The notes under the pieces were generated by a model. That model had not been told where the DNA came from. It did not search any database and saw only the letters and a list, made by a program, of their open reading frames with translations. Both the position numbers and the translations under genes were made by a program. From positions 4,774,001 through 4,838,000 of the forward strand of contig NC_043011.1 of assembly GCF_006345805.1 (NCBI RefSeq): 64,000 bases of DNA, read 5' to 3'. Below are positions 24,138-35,786 of the stretch, piece by piece; the first letter of the stretch is position 1; the number at the start of each line of letters is the position of its first letter. This DNA comes from Octopus sinensis. Taxonomy: Eukaryota.

Positions 24138-24284
24138 GGAACGAGCGGCCGCCACCGGCGCGTTCGTCGACGACGACGGCGCCTCGGCGTGAAGCAGCGG
24201 ACTGAGTCCCCTCGCGACCGCGGTGAGCGGTCCTACCCGTTTACCCCTGGGCGGTTTCACGGTCTCTTGAACTCTCTCTCCAAA
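24138..24284 (-). rRNA. 28S rRNA fragment (conserved block leading into the D2 expansion segment)
   Basis: Reverse complement TTGGAGAGAGAGTTCAAGAGACCGTGAAACCGCCCAGGGGTAAACGGGTAGGACCG matches the eukaryotic LSU sequence TTGAAGAGAGAGTTCAA.AG..CGTGAAACCG...AG.GGTAAACGGG, followed by GC-rich sequence. Confidence 0.85.
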
Positions 24285-24465
24285 TTGTATAGATAAATTT
24301 CCTCTATTTACATAATATTGAGGTCTCTTTTTTTCTTTTGTTATCTTACCGTTTTATCAATAAATCACCTCCCGGACGACGTTATTCTCAACTAAGAGCT
24401 AATACAGCCTTTTTGGATTATCGCCTAACATCGGTTGAGGACTCTCAAACACAGAAGAATTTAAT

Positions 24466-26568
24466 ATGGATGCATATCACATAGATTATTCTATGAAAAA
24501 TATACCGATCCCATCAAAGGAATTTTACTCTAAGAAACTTCTACAGAAAATTACTGATCTAATTAAGCGCATGAGATGGAAGGCTTTCTTTTTTGATACA
24601 GAAGCGGACACCACGGAAAACTCTATCGTATAAAATCAAAAAAATTCCCTCCCAGGATTAAAGGCTTGGAAGATTTCGAAGCGGACCTGCTGAAAATTAT
24701 GAGCAAAATAAAATTTCGTAAGTCTTTTAACGATTTCCAGCATAAATTGAAAAAAGATATTAAACATATAAACAGCTCCAAGAAAAAAGCACTTTTTTCG
24801 GACAAAACTAAAAACTTATACCTGGTAGATAACAGCAAATACACACAACTCTTACACAACAGCATCATTAATAATTACACTAAGGCCAGGGCACAGACAT
24901 ATAACGAAATTAATAAAGAAGCTAGCGTCATCGCCGCTAAACTTAAATTAGATAAAAAAAAAATAGAAGCCCTCCCCCAAAAAGAGGCCTTTATTACTAT
25001 TAAAGATCACAAAGAAAAATTCCTTTCCAACCCTAAATGTAGGCTTATCAACCCAGCCAAGTCAGAACTTGGGATTATTAGTAAAGAAATTTTAGATAAA
25101 ATAAATGCGAAAATTAAGACCGATACTAGGCTAGTACAATGGTCCAATAGTATAGAAGTCGTAGACTGGTTTAAAGCCTTTAAGAATAAGAAAAAAGCGA
25201 GGTTTACACAATTCGATATTGTTGATTTTTATGCCTCTATCTCTAAAGAACTGCTAGATAAAGCCCTCGTCTTCGCTAGCGACTTCATAGAAATTAGTAC
25301 AAATGATAAGGACATAATCTTCCATGCTAGAAAGACCTTACTTTTCAGTGAGAACGCAAATTGGGTAAAAAACACCGACACAGAGGGCGCTTTCGATGTG
25401 AGCATGGGTTCATATGATGGGGCAGGCATCTGCGATCTAATTGGACTTTTTCTCCTAGATACCTTAGGTAAGACATTCCCTGACGTACATTTCGCCATCT
25501 ACAAAGATGATGCCCTCGCCTTAACAGCTAATACAAATGGACCAGCACAAGATCGTTTTAGGAAGGATATTATCCAGTTAATGAAATACTTCGGACTTAG
25601 TATAACTATAGATACTAACCTAACGGTTGTCAATTTCTTAGACGTTTCCTTAGATCTTAATAAGAATATTTATAAGCCTTATAGGAAGCCCAATGATAGA
25701 CTAAGTTATATTAATGTAGGTTCATGCCATCCCCCTATAGTATTCAAAAATTTAGTTAAAAATATTAGTAAGAGGATTTCTAGCCTCTCCTCTGATAAGG
25801 ACATCTTCAATAGCGTTGCCCCAGTTTATAATAAGGCTTTAAAAGATAGTGGTTTTAGCGAAAAAATAAAATATACACAGATTACTAGCCCAACAGTAAG
25901 GAAAATGAATAATAGAAATAGGAAGGTCACCCGAGGTGGCCTTCAATATAGGTAAATATTTCCTAGCACTGATAGATAGACATTTTCCAGTTAACCATAC
26001 TTATAGGAAACTCTTCAATAGACACAATTTAAAAATTAGTTTTAGTTCCACTACAAATTTTAAAAACATAATCAAACATAACATACAAAAAACAAAACAA
26101 GAAAACAGCTGTTCATGCAGGAATAAAGAATTGTGCCCGCTAAATGGAGCTTGCATGTCCAAGACCATCATATATGAAGCTACCGTAAACTCTATAACCA
26201 CTAAAGACACCGTTTCGACGAAGAAATACGTGGGCCTTACAGAGGGTAACTTCAAGGCCAGGTTCAATAACCACACTTTGAGCTTTAGGCACTGGAACAA
26301 AAGAAAAGCGACACAATTATCTAATCATATTTGGTCTTTAAGAGATAAAGGTGTCGATTATAACATACATTGGAAGATTTTGGCCAGATGTAAGCCCTAT
26401 ACCAACGGCAGCGGAAGGTGCGGTCTATGCGACATGGAGAGATGGCTTATCTGGAAAAGCAGCTTAGACCCTACTACATGTCTAAACACAAGGACAGAAC
26501 TTTTCGGATCATGCCCACATGTGACTAAATTTCTGTTACGTTTTTGGTCCCCTAAAGAAAACAGATAG
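24466..26568 (+). CDS. Naiad-like PLE RT + GIY-YIG protein, two apparent frameshifts (~24625, ~25930)
   Basis: MDAYHIDYSMKNIPIP...KRMRWKAFFF; TIKDHKEKF..NPKCRLINPAKSELG; FDIVDFYASI; MGSYDGA; IYKDD; NFLDV; CSCRNKELCPLNGAC..KTIIYEA..YVGLTEGNFKARFNNH..CGLC. Confidence 0.85.
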
Positions 26569-26762
26569 AACATGCTTTCTATGTTATGTCCCAAGAAGAT
26601 TTTATATATTTTTATATATTTTTTATATATTTTTTTATGTATTTTTATATAATCTTTATGGCGAAAAATGCGAGCGATGTATAAATACGCAGGCAAGCAG
26701 AGTTGTAACACAGTAATTTCCCCTTGTATAACGGTATTTTTTCATAGCGTTTTCAAATAGCT

Positions 26763-26822
26763 AGATAACCGAAGAGATGTCGTGGATTCCCACTTCGGCA
26801 TCTGAAACTCAGAGTTTTATCT
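26763..26822 (+). ncRNA. Type I hammerhead-like motif in the PLE 3' terminal repeat (variant core CCGAAGA)
   Basis: Helix I agataa/ttatct, core CCGAAGA, helix II gatgtc/ggcatc plus gtgg/ccac hairpin, extra T, GAAA, helix III act/agt, triplet GTT. Confidence 0.6.
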
Positions 26823-26847
26823 TGACTATCGAGTAATGTAACATATA

Positions 26848-26939
<92 letters not shown>

Positions 26940-27404
26940 GTATGTATGTATGTATATATAATTTAGTTTTGAAGATTGTTAAGGATTAAGGCACATCAAA
27001 ATATAGGCCACCAGAAATGGCTTAGTATGAATACATAGGGCTCAAAGTCAAATAAATTTCTACCGAAACAGCTGTCGTAAATTTTAAACTCAATTTGTTT
27101 TACTTATATATATGCGTGTGTATATATATATGCATACATACATAAATAAATAGAAGCATATATACATATGTACGTACGTACATACATATGCATGCATAAA
27201 ATGCTGTTTTTATATAATCTAATATATAATAATAAACAGAACTCTCTCAAAACATCAGCAGCAGTAGCAGCGCTGTAGTCATCAATAACGGTAACATCAC
27301 CACCACTATCACCACTACCACTATCTACATCATCATCATCATCATCATTATCATCAGCATCATTTTCCTTCTCCGTATTCTTCGGATATGAGTACACATA
27401 GATA

Positions 27405-28173
27405 CCTACATCATACTTACCTACCTACCTACCTACCTACCTACCTACCTACCTACCTACCTACCCACCAACCTACCTACCTACCTACCTACCTACCTAC
27501 CTACCTACCTACCCACCAACCTACCTACCCACCAATCTACCAACCTACCTACCTACCTACCTACCTACCCACCTACATACATACATACATACATACATAC
27601 GTACGTACGTACGTACATACATACATACGTACATACATACATACGTACATACGTACATACATACATACATACATACATGCATACATACATACATACATAC
27701 ATACATACATGCATACATACATGCATACATACATACATACATACATACATACATACATGCATACATACGTACATACATACACACACACACACATACATAC
27801 ATACAAACTTACATCCATCCATACATACATGCATACATACATACATACATGCATACATACATACATACATACATACATACATGCATACATACATACATAC
27901 ATACATCCATCCATCCATACATACATACATACATACATACATACATGCATACATACATACATACATACATACATACATACAAACTTACATCCATCCATAC
28001 ATACATACATACATACATACATACATACATACATACATACAAACTTACATCCATCCATCCATCCATACATACATACATACATACATACATACATACATAC
28101 ATACATACAAACTTACATCCATCCATCCATCCATACATACATACATACATACATACATACGTACATACATACA

Positions 28174-28204
<31 letters not shown>

Positions 28205-28205
28205 G
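27405..28205. repeat. (CCTA)n then (CATA)n/(CATC)n microsatellite
   Basis: Direct reading. Confidence 0.95.
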
Positions 28206-28950
28206 CGCTTACGCATTCACGGGCAGACGGAGAATCGTACTCACATATGCACGTATAAACACTATCTCTCACTCATTCACTCTCTCTCTATATATATATC
28301 ACACACACACGCACACAGGCACGCGCGCACACACACATACATACACGCATACATTCTTGCACACTGTCACTAGTTGAACCCGTAAAAAAATATGCAAAAA
28401 TACAACACACACATATGCACGAATACACCCACAACACACGCAAATACACAAACACACGCACGTACATACATACATTGCTAGAGTTTTGTAAATATGATCA
28501 CACAGCGATGTATATCTCGCCCCGAATGCTAACCCGGGTGGCTTTCTTTGTGATCTGATAGCGCAAGGGTCCCTTCCGACGTTGAACCAGAAACCTGAGA
28601 TCTCTAACAAGAGAATAAATAAATACAATATCATAACATACCCCTCAGTGGAAGCCAGCTTAAGACTCAATCGCCCCTTTTCGTTTCTTTGCTTTCTATC
28701 TTTCTTCCTTTCTTTCCACGATTCCATTTTCTCTCTGTCTTTGTTTGATTTGTATTTTCTTTTACACACAGACATTATATAAGCAGGCATACATACATAC
28801 ATACATAAAATTAATATAAACAGCAGGTTGGTACATATACATACATAGATACATACACACACGCGTACATATATATATTTATTTATACTTATATACTTGC
28901 ATATATTTCTATGAATATGTATGTGCAATACATGAATACTATATATATAT

Positions 28951-29008
<58 letters not shown>

Positions 29009-29013
29009 ATATA

Positions 29014-29385
29014 CTAGCAGTATCGCCCGGCGTTGCTCGGGTTTGTTTCGACCCTTTAGAATTGGAATTTTTGAAAAGTAAAAATTTTGCATTATGTAGC
29101 TTGTTATTTTCTTTAAGTGAACATTTTTCTGGTTGAAATACACCGAAAATGGCCACAAAGCAGTAAAAAAATCGTAAAAAAATAGGGATTTTCATAGAAA
29201 AAAAGCACCTTTTTGATGTAAATATTTTTGGTGTTAACATGGTCCGATTTGAATGTTTTCTTCTACGGAAGGAAGAGCAAGCCTTCTTCTATCATACCTC
29301 AATTTGGTCAACTTGTGCCGCAGGGTCTCAGAGGAGATAGTGTTAGTTGAAGGCTACCAAACCTGCTATACACAGACAACTTCAG

Positions 29386-29392
<7 letters not shown>
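29014..29392 (-). mobile_element. Non-autonomous Helitron-like element
   Basis: 3' end on minus: cccgagcaacgccggg hairpin, then CTAG|T. Confidence 0.75.
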
Positions 29393-29442
<50 letters not shown>

Positions 29443-29447
<5 letters not shown>

Positions 29448-29801
29448 ATATAAACGGCAGTTTGTCTGTGCGTGTTTCTGTGTGTCTGTTTGCTTGTACC
29501 CTCACCCGACCACGGCTTTCAACCGATTCTGATGAAACTGGACACACACATAGCCCAATGTCATAATTCAAAACTAACTCAGCGAAAATTTTGAAAAGTT
29601 CCACCAGTTCTGAAAAAAATCGATAAATTCACAGGTCGAGAATCAGAAACTCAAACCACAGACCGTCTACGGGACGCAACTCCACCTTTTTTAACTTCAA
29701 AAAAATTTACCATCATTTTTTTTCCATTTTTGCTATAAACTCTCTAAAAATGCTTTTAGTTATTCCCTTACAACCTGAGCAACGCCGGGCGATACTGCTA
29801 G
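29443..29801 (+). mobile_element. Non-autonomous Helitron-like element
   Basis: A|TC 5' start, cctgagcaacgccggg hairpin, CTAG|T end at 29798-29801. Confidence 0.8.
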
Positions 29802-29951
29802 TATACAAATAAAGTAGATAAATGGTACAACGAGGCACCAATTTACTGCAAAATAGCAGTCGATATAAATATGACGCTATTGTATAGCTTCACTGTGTAT
29901 ATACTAGCAAAGACGTGTGTGTACAACAAACATGAAAAAAAAATATATATA

Positions 29952-30350
29952 CTAGCAGTATCGCCCGGCGTTGCTCGGGTTTGTAAGGGAAATAACTATA
30001 AAGCATTTTTAGAGAGTTATAGCCAAAAAATAGCAAAAAAATGCATTAAAAATGGAAAACAAATGATGGTAAATTTTTTTTTAATCGTTGACTCATCGTA
30101 GACATTTTTAGAGAGTTACTTCCCTTATATAATAGCGAAAAAATGCATTAAAATGGAAAAAAATTATGGTAAATTATTTTTAAAATCGTACTCTCATCGT
30201 AGACGCGCGCTAATACCCAGAAGGGCTCGATATGAATCACAACTATAAGATACCCGGTTTTGGTTAAACTGTACTGCAAAATGTGGGAGTAGTTAGGAAT
30301 CTAAATCGTAGGAGACAGACAGCACACAACCTTACTTTTATATATAAAGA
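29952..30350 (-). mobile_element. Non-autonomous Helitron-like element
   Basis: 5' TC at 30350-30349, same 3' hairpin, CTAG at 29955-29952. Confidence 0.8.
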
Positions 30351-31034
30351 TATTCATGTATATATTTATGTATCTGTGTATGTTTGAGTGTGTGTTTGTA
30401 TTGCAAATGTCCGTATTAATTTTTGTTTACTTATGCATACATATATGTACTCCATGCATAGAGAAATATATATGCGTGTGTATATCATCGCGCTATACAC
30501 TCGCTCACATAGATACACCACATAGATACACACACATATACATACATACGTACAGAGAGGTTGGTAGATACATATATATATATAGATAGATGGATAGATA
30601 GATACATACGTACATGCGTACATACATACAAACATACATACATAATTATATGCATACATGCATCCATCCCTACACACACGCAAATACGTACTTACATACA
30701 TACATATAAACATCCTTATATATAGCCAAGGGAAATAGCTCATTTATTTTCCTGAATTATTTGGTAAAAATGAAATTGTGTATGCTTATTTCTTAGTATT
30801 TAAAGTGTTAGAGTTATTTTATCCAGAACAACCCTTAAACATGTAAATAGTATTTTCCTAAACAACAGATCCACTTGTTTCGGTTTGTGACTTATTCACG
30901 AATATACCAACACTAGCGTATTGTATTGTTGTTATTGGATTAGCGAAACAATTATGGGAACGGAACCAAGGGATAAGCCCTGCTTTGCCAGGAATTGCCG
31001 GCTGCGTCAAGTAGTACATATATATATATATATA

Positions 31035-31083
<49 letters not shown>

Positions 31084-31383
31084 TTATATTATATTATATT
31101 ATATATATATACACATAAACCTATATATGTTTTTTATCTTTTATCTTTTATTTGTTTCAGTCATTTTGACTGCGGCCATGCTGGAGCTGTAGTCAAAGTG
31201 ACTTAACAAATCGAATCCATGACATATCTTTTAGAGCCAGGTACTTATTCTATTAGACATTTTTGTTAAAAAGCTATGTTATGGGAACGTAAACACACCA
31301 ATACTAGTTGCAGAGAAGTTGTGGGTGATAAGTGTTGACACAAAGACACGTACACAAATATATACATGCATATATGCATATAC

Positions 31384-31456
<73 letters not shown>

Positions 31457-32335
31457 ATAATATAACACACATATACATATATATATAATACATTAAAAGT
31501 CAGATTGAATCTTGCTAGCTTGCTTGCAATGTTACTCAGCCAAACAGGCACATAATGGGAACATTCTAGGAATTAAGTCTCCCCTGAAATGTAAATACGA
31601 ACGAAATTAAACAAATCTCGCATAAATCGGATAAGTGGTTGCGAAGATAATAAGGATTTCCGGGCTATAAATACCGAAAACGGTGAATAATGGGAAAAGT
31701 CTCCGAAATTAACTTTATTCTGGAAGGGAAGTAATTCTTACCTTTCGGTTAGACAGTTACTTGACCACGAAAAATACGATTCGTTTTTTTACGGTTAATG
31801 TTTCTATTCTCGCTTTTTTGTTAAACACAATATTTTAGTCATTTTGAAATATTATTAAGTGAATGGGGTTTCAAAGATGTAAGTTGTTTGTACAAAGTAT
31901 TTACGCTTTATTTCCTTTAAACAGACAATACCTTAATGGTTTTTAAGTTATTTTCAAGTGAATACCTATTTTTTTGGCATAAATATTTCGTAAAAGAACC
32001 GTTCGAATGCATTCAAAACATCTCACTTCAAAAGACCTGGCGGTATTTCTAGCACGCCCTGCTATCACATAACTGCTATTTGCGTTAAAAGAACCAAAAT
32101 ACCTGTAACCTGGAAGCAGCGTGTGCAAGAAATAGCAGCCAAACCTTTCATTTCCTTGGGATTTCGATGTCACTTTCAAGGCATGCAAAATAACTTGGGA
32201 AGGAAAAAAAAACCTACGAAACAAAACCCCGTTGGTGGGAAACTCAAACTTTCCTGGTGACCAACGGTCACGGTAGTCTAGTAGGTATGTATATATATAT
32301 ATATAATATATATAATATATATATATTATTATATA

Positions 32336-32370
<35 letters not shown>

Positions 32371-32598
32371 ATATATATATATATATATATATTTATCAAT
32401 AGGGTAGCAAAAAAATTCAAGAAAAATTTTCTGCAACCAGCGGTCAATAGAATCGTCACAGACTATATAATATATTCAACAAAAATTAAGGAATGACCCT
32501 GACAGGTCGTTCAACTCACTGAAAAGAGCAGCCAAAACTACCGCAAAAATAGTAGTAATTCTTAAAGCTAAAGGAGAAATAAAAACATTTATCCCTTT

Positions 32599-32700
32599 CA
32601 ACTTTGTACCCTGCAAGGTTTCAACAATTTTTACGCAATTCGAACTTAATTAAATTAAATTAAATCCGTTTACGATTGGCTTGTTTCATCAGCAAAGTCG
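32599..32700 (-). ncRNA. Type I hammerhead ribozyme, intact core
   Basis: Minus strand: CGACUUUG-CUGAUGA-AACAA...UUGUU-GAAA-CCU UGCA GG-GUA-CAAAGUUG; 8-bp helix I. Confidence 0.85.
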
Positions 32701-33064
32701 CCAAAAGAAAAAGAGAACATATACCCACGAGGCGACACCATGAAGCCCCGAGTGTATATATCCTAATTTTTCGAAATCAACGTAACCGCGCAACTACTCA
32801 GCAGCAAATATAAACTGCTGATAATTCAGAATTAGTCAAAAAGTATTAATTTATCAATATAGGGTGCAAAAAAATCAAGAAAAATTTTCTGCAACCAGCA
32901 GTCAGTGAGAAAATAGAAATAGTCACAGACTATATAATATATCAACAAAAATATAAGGTGACCCTGACAGGTCGTCAACTCACTTGAAAAGAGCAGCCAA
33001 CCAAAACCGCAAAAATAGTAGTAATTCTTAAAGCTAAAGGAGAAATAAAAACATTTATCCCTTT

Positions 33065-33165
33065 CAACTTTGTACCCTGCAAGGTTTCAACAATTTTTAC
33101 GCAATCGAACTTAATTAAATTAAATTAAATCCGTTTACGATTGGCTTGTTTCATCAGCAAAGTCG
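33065..33165 (-). ncRNA. Type I hammerhead ribozyme, intact core
   Basis: Same fold, CUGAUGA core. Confidence 0.85.
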
Positions 33166-33544
33166 CCAAAAGAAAAAGAGAACATATACCCACGAGGCGA
33201 CACCACTGAAGCCCCGAGTGTATATATCCTAATTTTTCGAAATCCAACGTAACCGCGCCAACTACTCAGCAGCAAATATAAACTGCTGATACAATTTCAG
33301 AATTAGTCAAAAATTATTAATTTATCAATATAGGGTAGCAAAAAAATTCAAGAAAAATTTTCTGCAACCAGCGGTCAAGTGAGAAAATAGAAATAGTCAC
33401 AGACTATATAATATATTCAACAAAAATATTAAGGAATGACCCTGACAGGTCGTTCAACTCACTTGAAAAGAGCAGCCAAACTCAAACCGCAAAAATAGTA
33501 GTAATTCTTAAAGCTAAAGGAGAAATAAAAACATTTATCCCTTT

Positions 33545-33645
33545 CAACTTTGTACCCTGCAAGGTTTCAACAATTTTTACGCAATCGAACTTAATTAAAT
33601 TAAATTAAATCCGTTTACGATTGGCTTGTTTCGTCAGCAAAGTCG
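33545..33645 (-). ncRNA. Type I hammerhead ribozyme, intact core (CUGACGA)
   Basis: Same fold; change only at the variable position N7. Confidence 0.85.
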
Positions 33646-34020
33646 CCAAAAGAAAAAGAGAACATATACCCACGAGGCGACACCACTGAAGCCCCGAGTG
33701 TATATATCCTAATTTTTCGAAATCCAACGTAACCGCGCCAACTACTCAGCAGCAAATATAACTGCTGATACAATTTCAGATTAGTCAAAATTATAATTTA
33801 TCAATATAGGGTAGCAAAAAAATTCAAGAAAAATTTTCTGCAACCAGCGGTCAAGTGAGAAAATAGAAATAGTCACAGACTATATAATATATTCAACAAA
33901 AATATTAAGGAATGACCCTGACAGGTCGTTCAACTCACTTGAAAAGAGCAGCCAAACTCAAACCGCAAAAATAGTAGTAATTCTGAAAGCTAAAGGAGAA
34001 ATAAAAAAATTTATCCCTTT

Positions 34021-34117
34021 CAACTTTGTACCCTGCAAGGTTTCAACAATTTTTACGCAATCGAACTTAAATTAAATTAAATCCGTTTACGATTGGCTTG
34101 TTTCACCAGCAAAGTCG
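34021..34117 (-). ncRNA. Type I hammerhead, core mutated (CUGGUGA)
   Basis: Same fold; A6G change expected to impair cleavage. Confidence 0.7.
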
Positions 34118-34164
34118 CCAAAAGAAAAGGAGATAATATATACCCACGAGGCGACACCACTGAA

Positions 34165-34196
<32 letters not shown>

Positions 34197-34204
34197 GTGT
34201 GTGT

Positions 34205-34350
34205 GTGTGTGTTTCTCTCCTTGTTTTTTTCTGTGTCCCTTTCTGTAGAAGAGCGTAGGCTCGAAACGTAAAATACTTTTTCTATTCCTGAGCGTTATAC
34301 TAATACATCTGTTTGTTTCGTACACCACCTGTCTTCGTCGTTTGTTTTTT
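34205..34350 (+). mobile_element. Solo PLE-type terminal module with degenerate minimal hammerhead
   Basis: ttt-CTGTAGA-a-gagc gtag gctc-GAAAC-GTA-aaa at 34240-34273; related to 35540 and 49800. Confidence 0.55.
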
Positions 34351-34401
34351 GCGTAAACTCTCCCTATATATATATATATATTATATATATAATATATATA
34401 A

Positions 34402-34454
<53 letters not shown>

Positions 34455-34489
34455 GATATTTATATATGTGTTGTGTGTGTGTGTGTACG

Positions 34490-35055
34490 TGCAGGAGTGG
34501 CTGTGGTAGGTAGTTGCTTACCAACCACATACTCCCGGGTTCAGTCCCACTGCATGGTACCTTGGGTCATGTCTTCTACTGTAGCTTGGGACGGCCAAAA
34601 CATTGTGAGTGGATTTGGAAGACGGAAAGGAGCCCGTCGTATGTATGTATGTAATCATGTGTGTGTGTGTATAGATGCAGGCGTGGCTGTGTTGTGAGAA
34701 GCTTGTTTCCCAATAACGTGGTTCCGAGTTCAGCCCCACTACGTGGCTCATTGGACAAGTGTCTTCTACTATTGCCTCGGGCCGACCAAAGCCTGCTGAG
34801 TGGATTTGGTGGGCGAAAACTGAAAGAAGCCCGTCGTATATGTATGTATATGTTTGTAGGTTTGTGTTTGCCCCCAACATCACTTGACAACCGATATTGG
34901 TGTGTTTACGTCCCCGTAAATTAGCGGTTCGACGAAAGCCCCCGATGGAATAAGTACTAAGGTAACAAAGAATAAATCCTGTGGTGGATTTGTTCGACTA
35001 AAGGCTGTGCTGCAGCATGGCCGCAGTCAAATGACTGAAACGAGTAAAAGAATAA
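34490..35055 (+). mobile_element. Two adjacent family A SINE copies (5' half + full copy)
   Basis: Heads at ~34490 and ~34675; tail at ~35050. Confidence 0.8.
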
Positions 35056-35070
35056 AAGAACACACACACA

Positions 35071-35123
<53 letters not shown>

Positions 35124-35163
35124 CATATATATATATATAATATATATATAATATATATGTATA

Positions 35164-35237
<74 letters not shown>

Positions 35238-35539
35238 CACACGCACACACGTACATCCTCCTGCAAACATGCTTACAAACACACGCATGCTTAAAAACAT
35301 ACATAGGTATATACTTATATACACTTATATACTTATAGTTATATTTTACGAATTGTATGCATATTTACGTATGCAACCTACACATACACCAATATAATAC
35401 ATGAACATATTTATATATAGATTTATATATAGAGATATTCATGTACATACAAACACGCACACACACACGCACACACACATAAATTATTATTGATATATAT
35501 ATATATATATCAATAATAATTTATATGTTTATATATGTG

Positions 35540-35735
35540 TGACCGTGTGTGTACCGTTGGCGATTTTTTCCTCCGTCTTCCCTTCTCTGGATGTTTCCTT
35601 TTCCTATGTTTCTGACGAAGAGCTCCGCTCGAAACGTTAAACCCTTCTTCTTCCCTTCCTTCCAATAATACTATATTTGTCCCACGTCCTCGCGTTGTTG
35701 TGTTTTCTCTTTGTGTTTTCATGTTTGGATTAACT
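35540..35735 (+). mobile_element. Solo PLE-type terminal module with minimal type I hammerhead
   Basis: gttt-CTGACGA-a-gagc tcc gctc-GAAAC-GTT-aaac at 35608-35642; ends ggattaacttta then (TA)n. Confidence 0.7.
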
Positions 35736-35736
35736 T

Positions 35737-35786
<50 letters not shown>

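Larger units (their letters stand above)
24103..26845 (+). mobile_element. Penelope-like element, Naiad-like, near full length with terminal repeat segments
   Basis: Repeat cggcatct.aaactcagagttttatcttgactatcg at both 24103 and 26796; (TA)n on both flanks; ORF below. Confidence 0.9.
32391..34163 (-). mobile_element. Retrozyme-like tandem array (~3.7 x ~475 bp), one type I hammerhead per unit
   Basis: Units repeat with periods 466/480/476 bp; (TA)n on both flanks; no long ORF; HHR folds at 32599, 33065, 33545 and 34021. Confidence 0.85.

Noticed and set aside
25936-26568. Selenocysteine-containing Naiad endonuclease
   Set aside because: Some Naiads encode Sec, but this ORF has ordinary Cys codons (CGLC) and no in-frame TGA.
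29529-29540. CTGATGA as a hammerhead core
   Set aside because: Part of the common accgattctgatgaaact Helitron-body motif; no helices or downstream GAAA/NUH arrangement.
31490-31921. Crypton-like non-autonomous element (ttaaaag...cctttaa ends)
   Set aside because: Only 6-7 bp of imperfect terminal similarity; single copy here.
32391-34163. CRISPR array or plain satellite; plus-strand second ribozyme
   Set aside because: Units are full-length repeats without spacers; no CUGANGA/GAAA pair folds on the plus strand.
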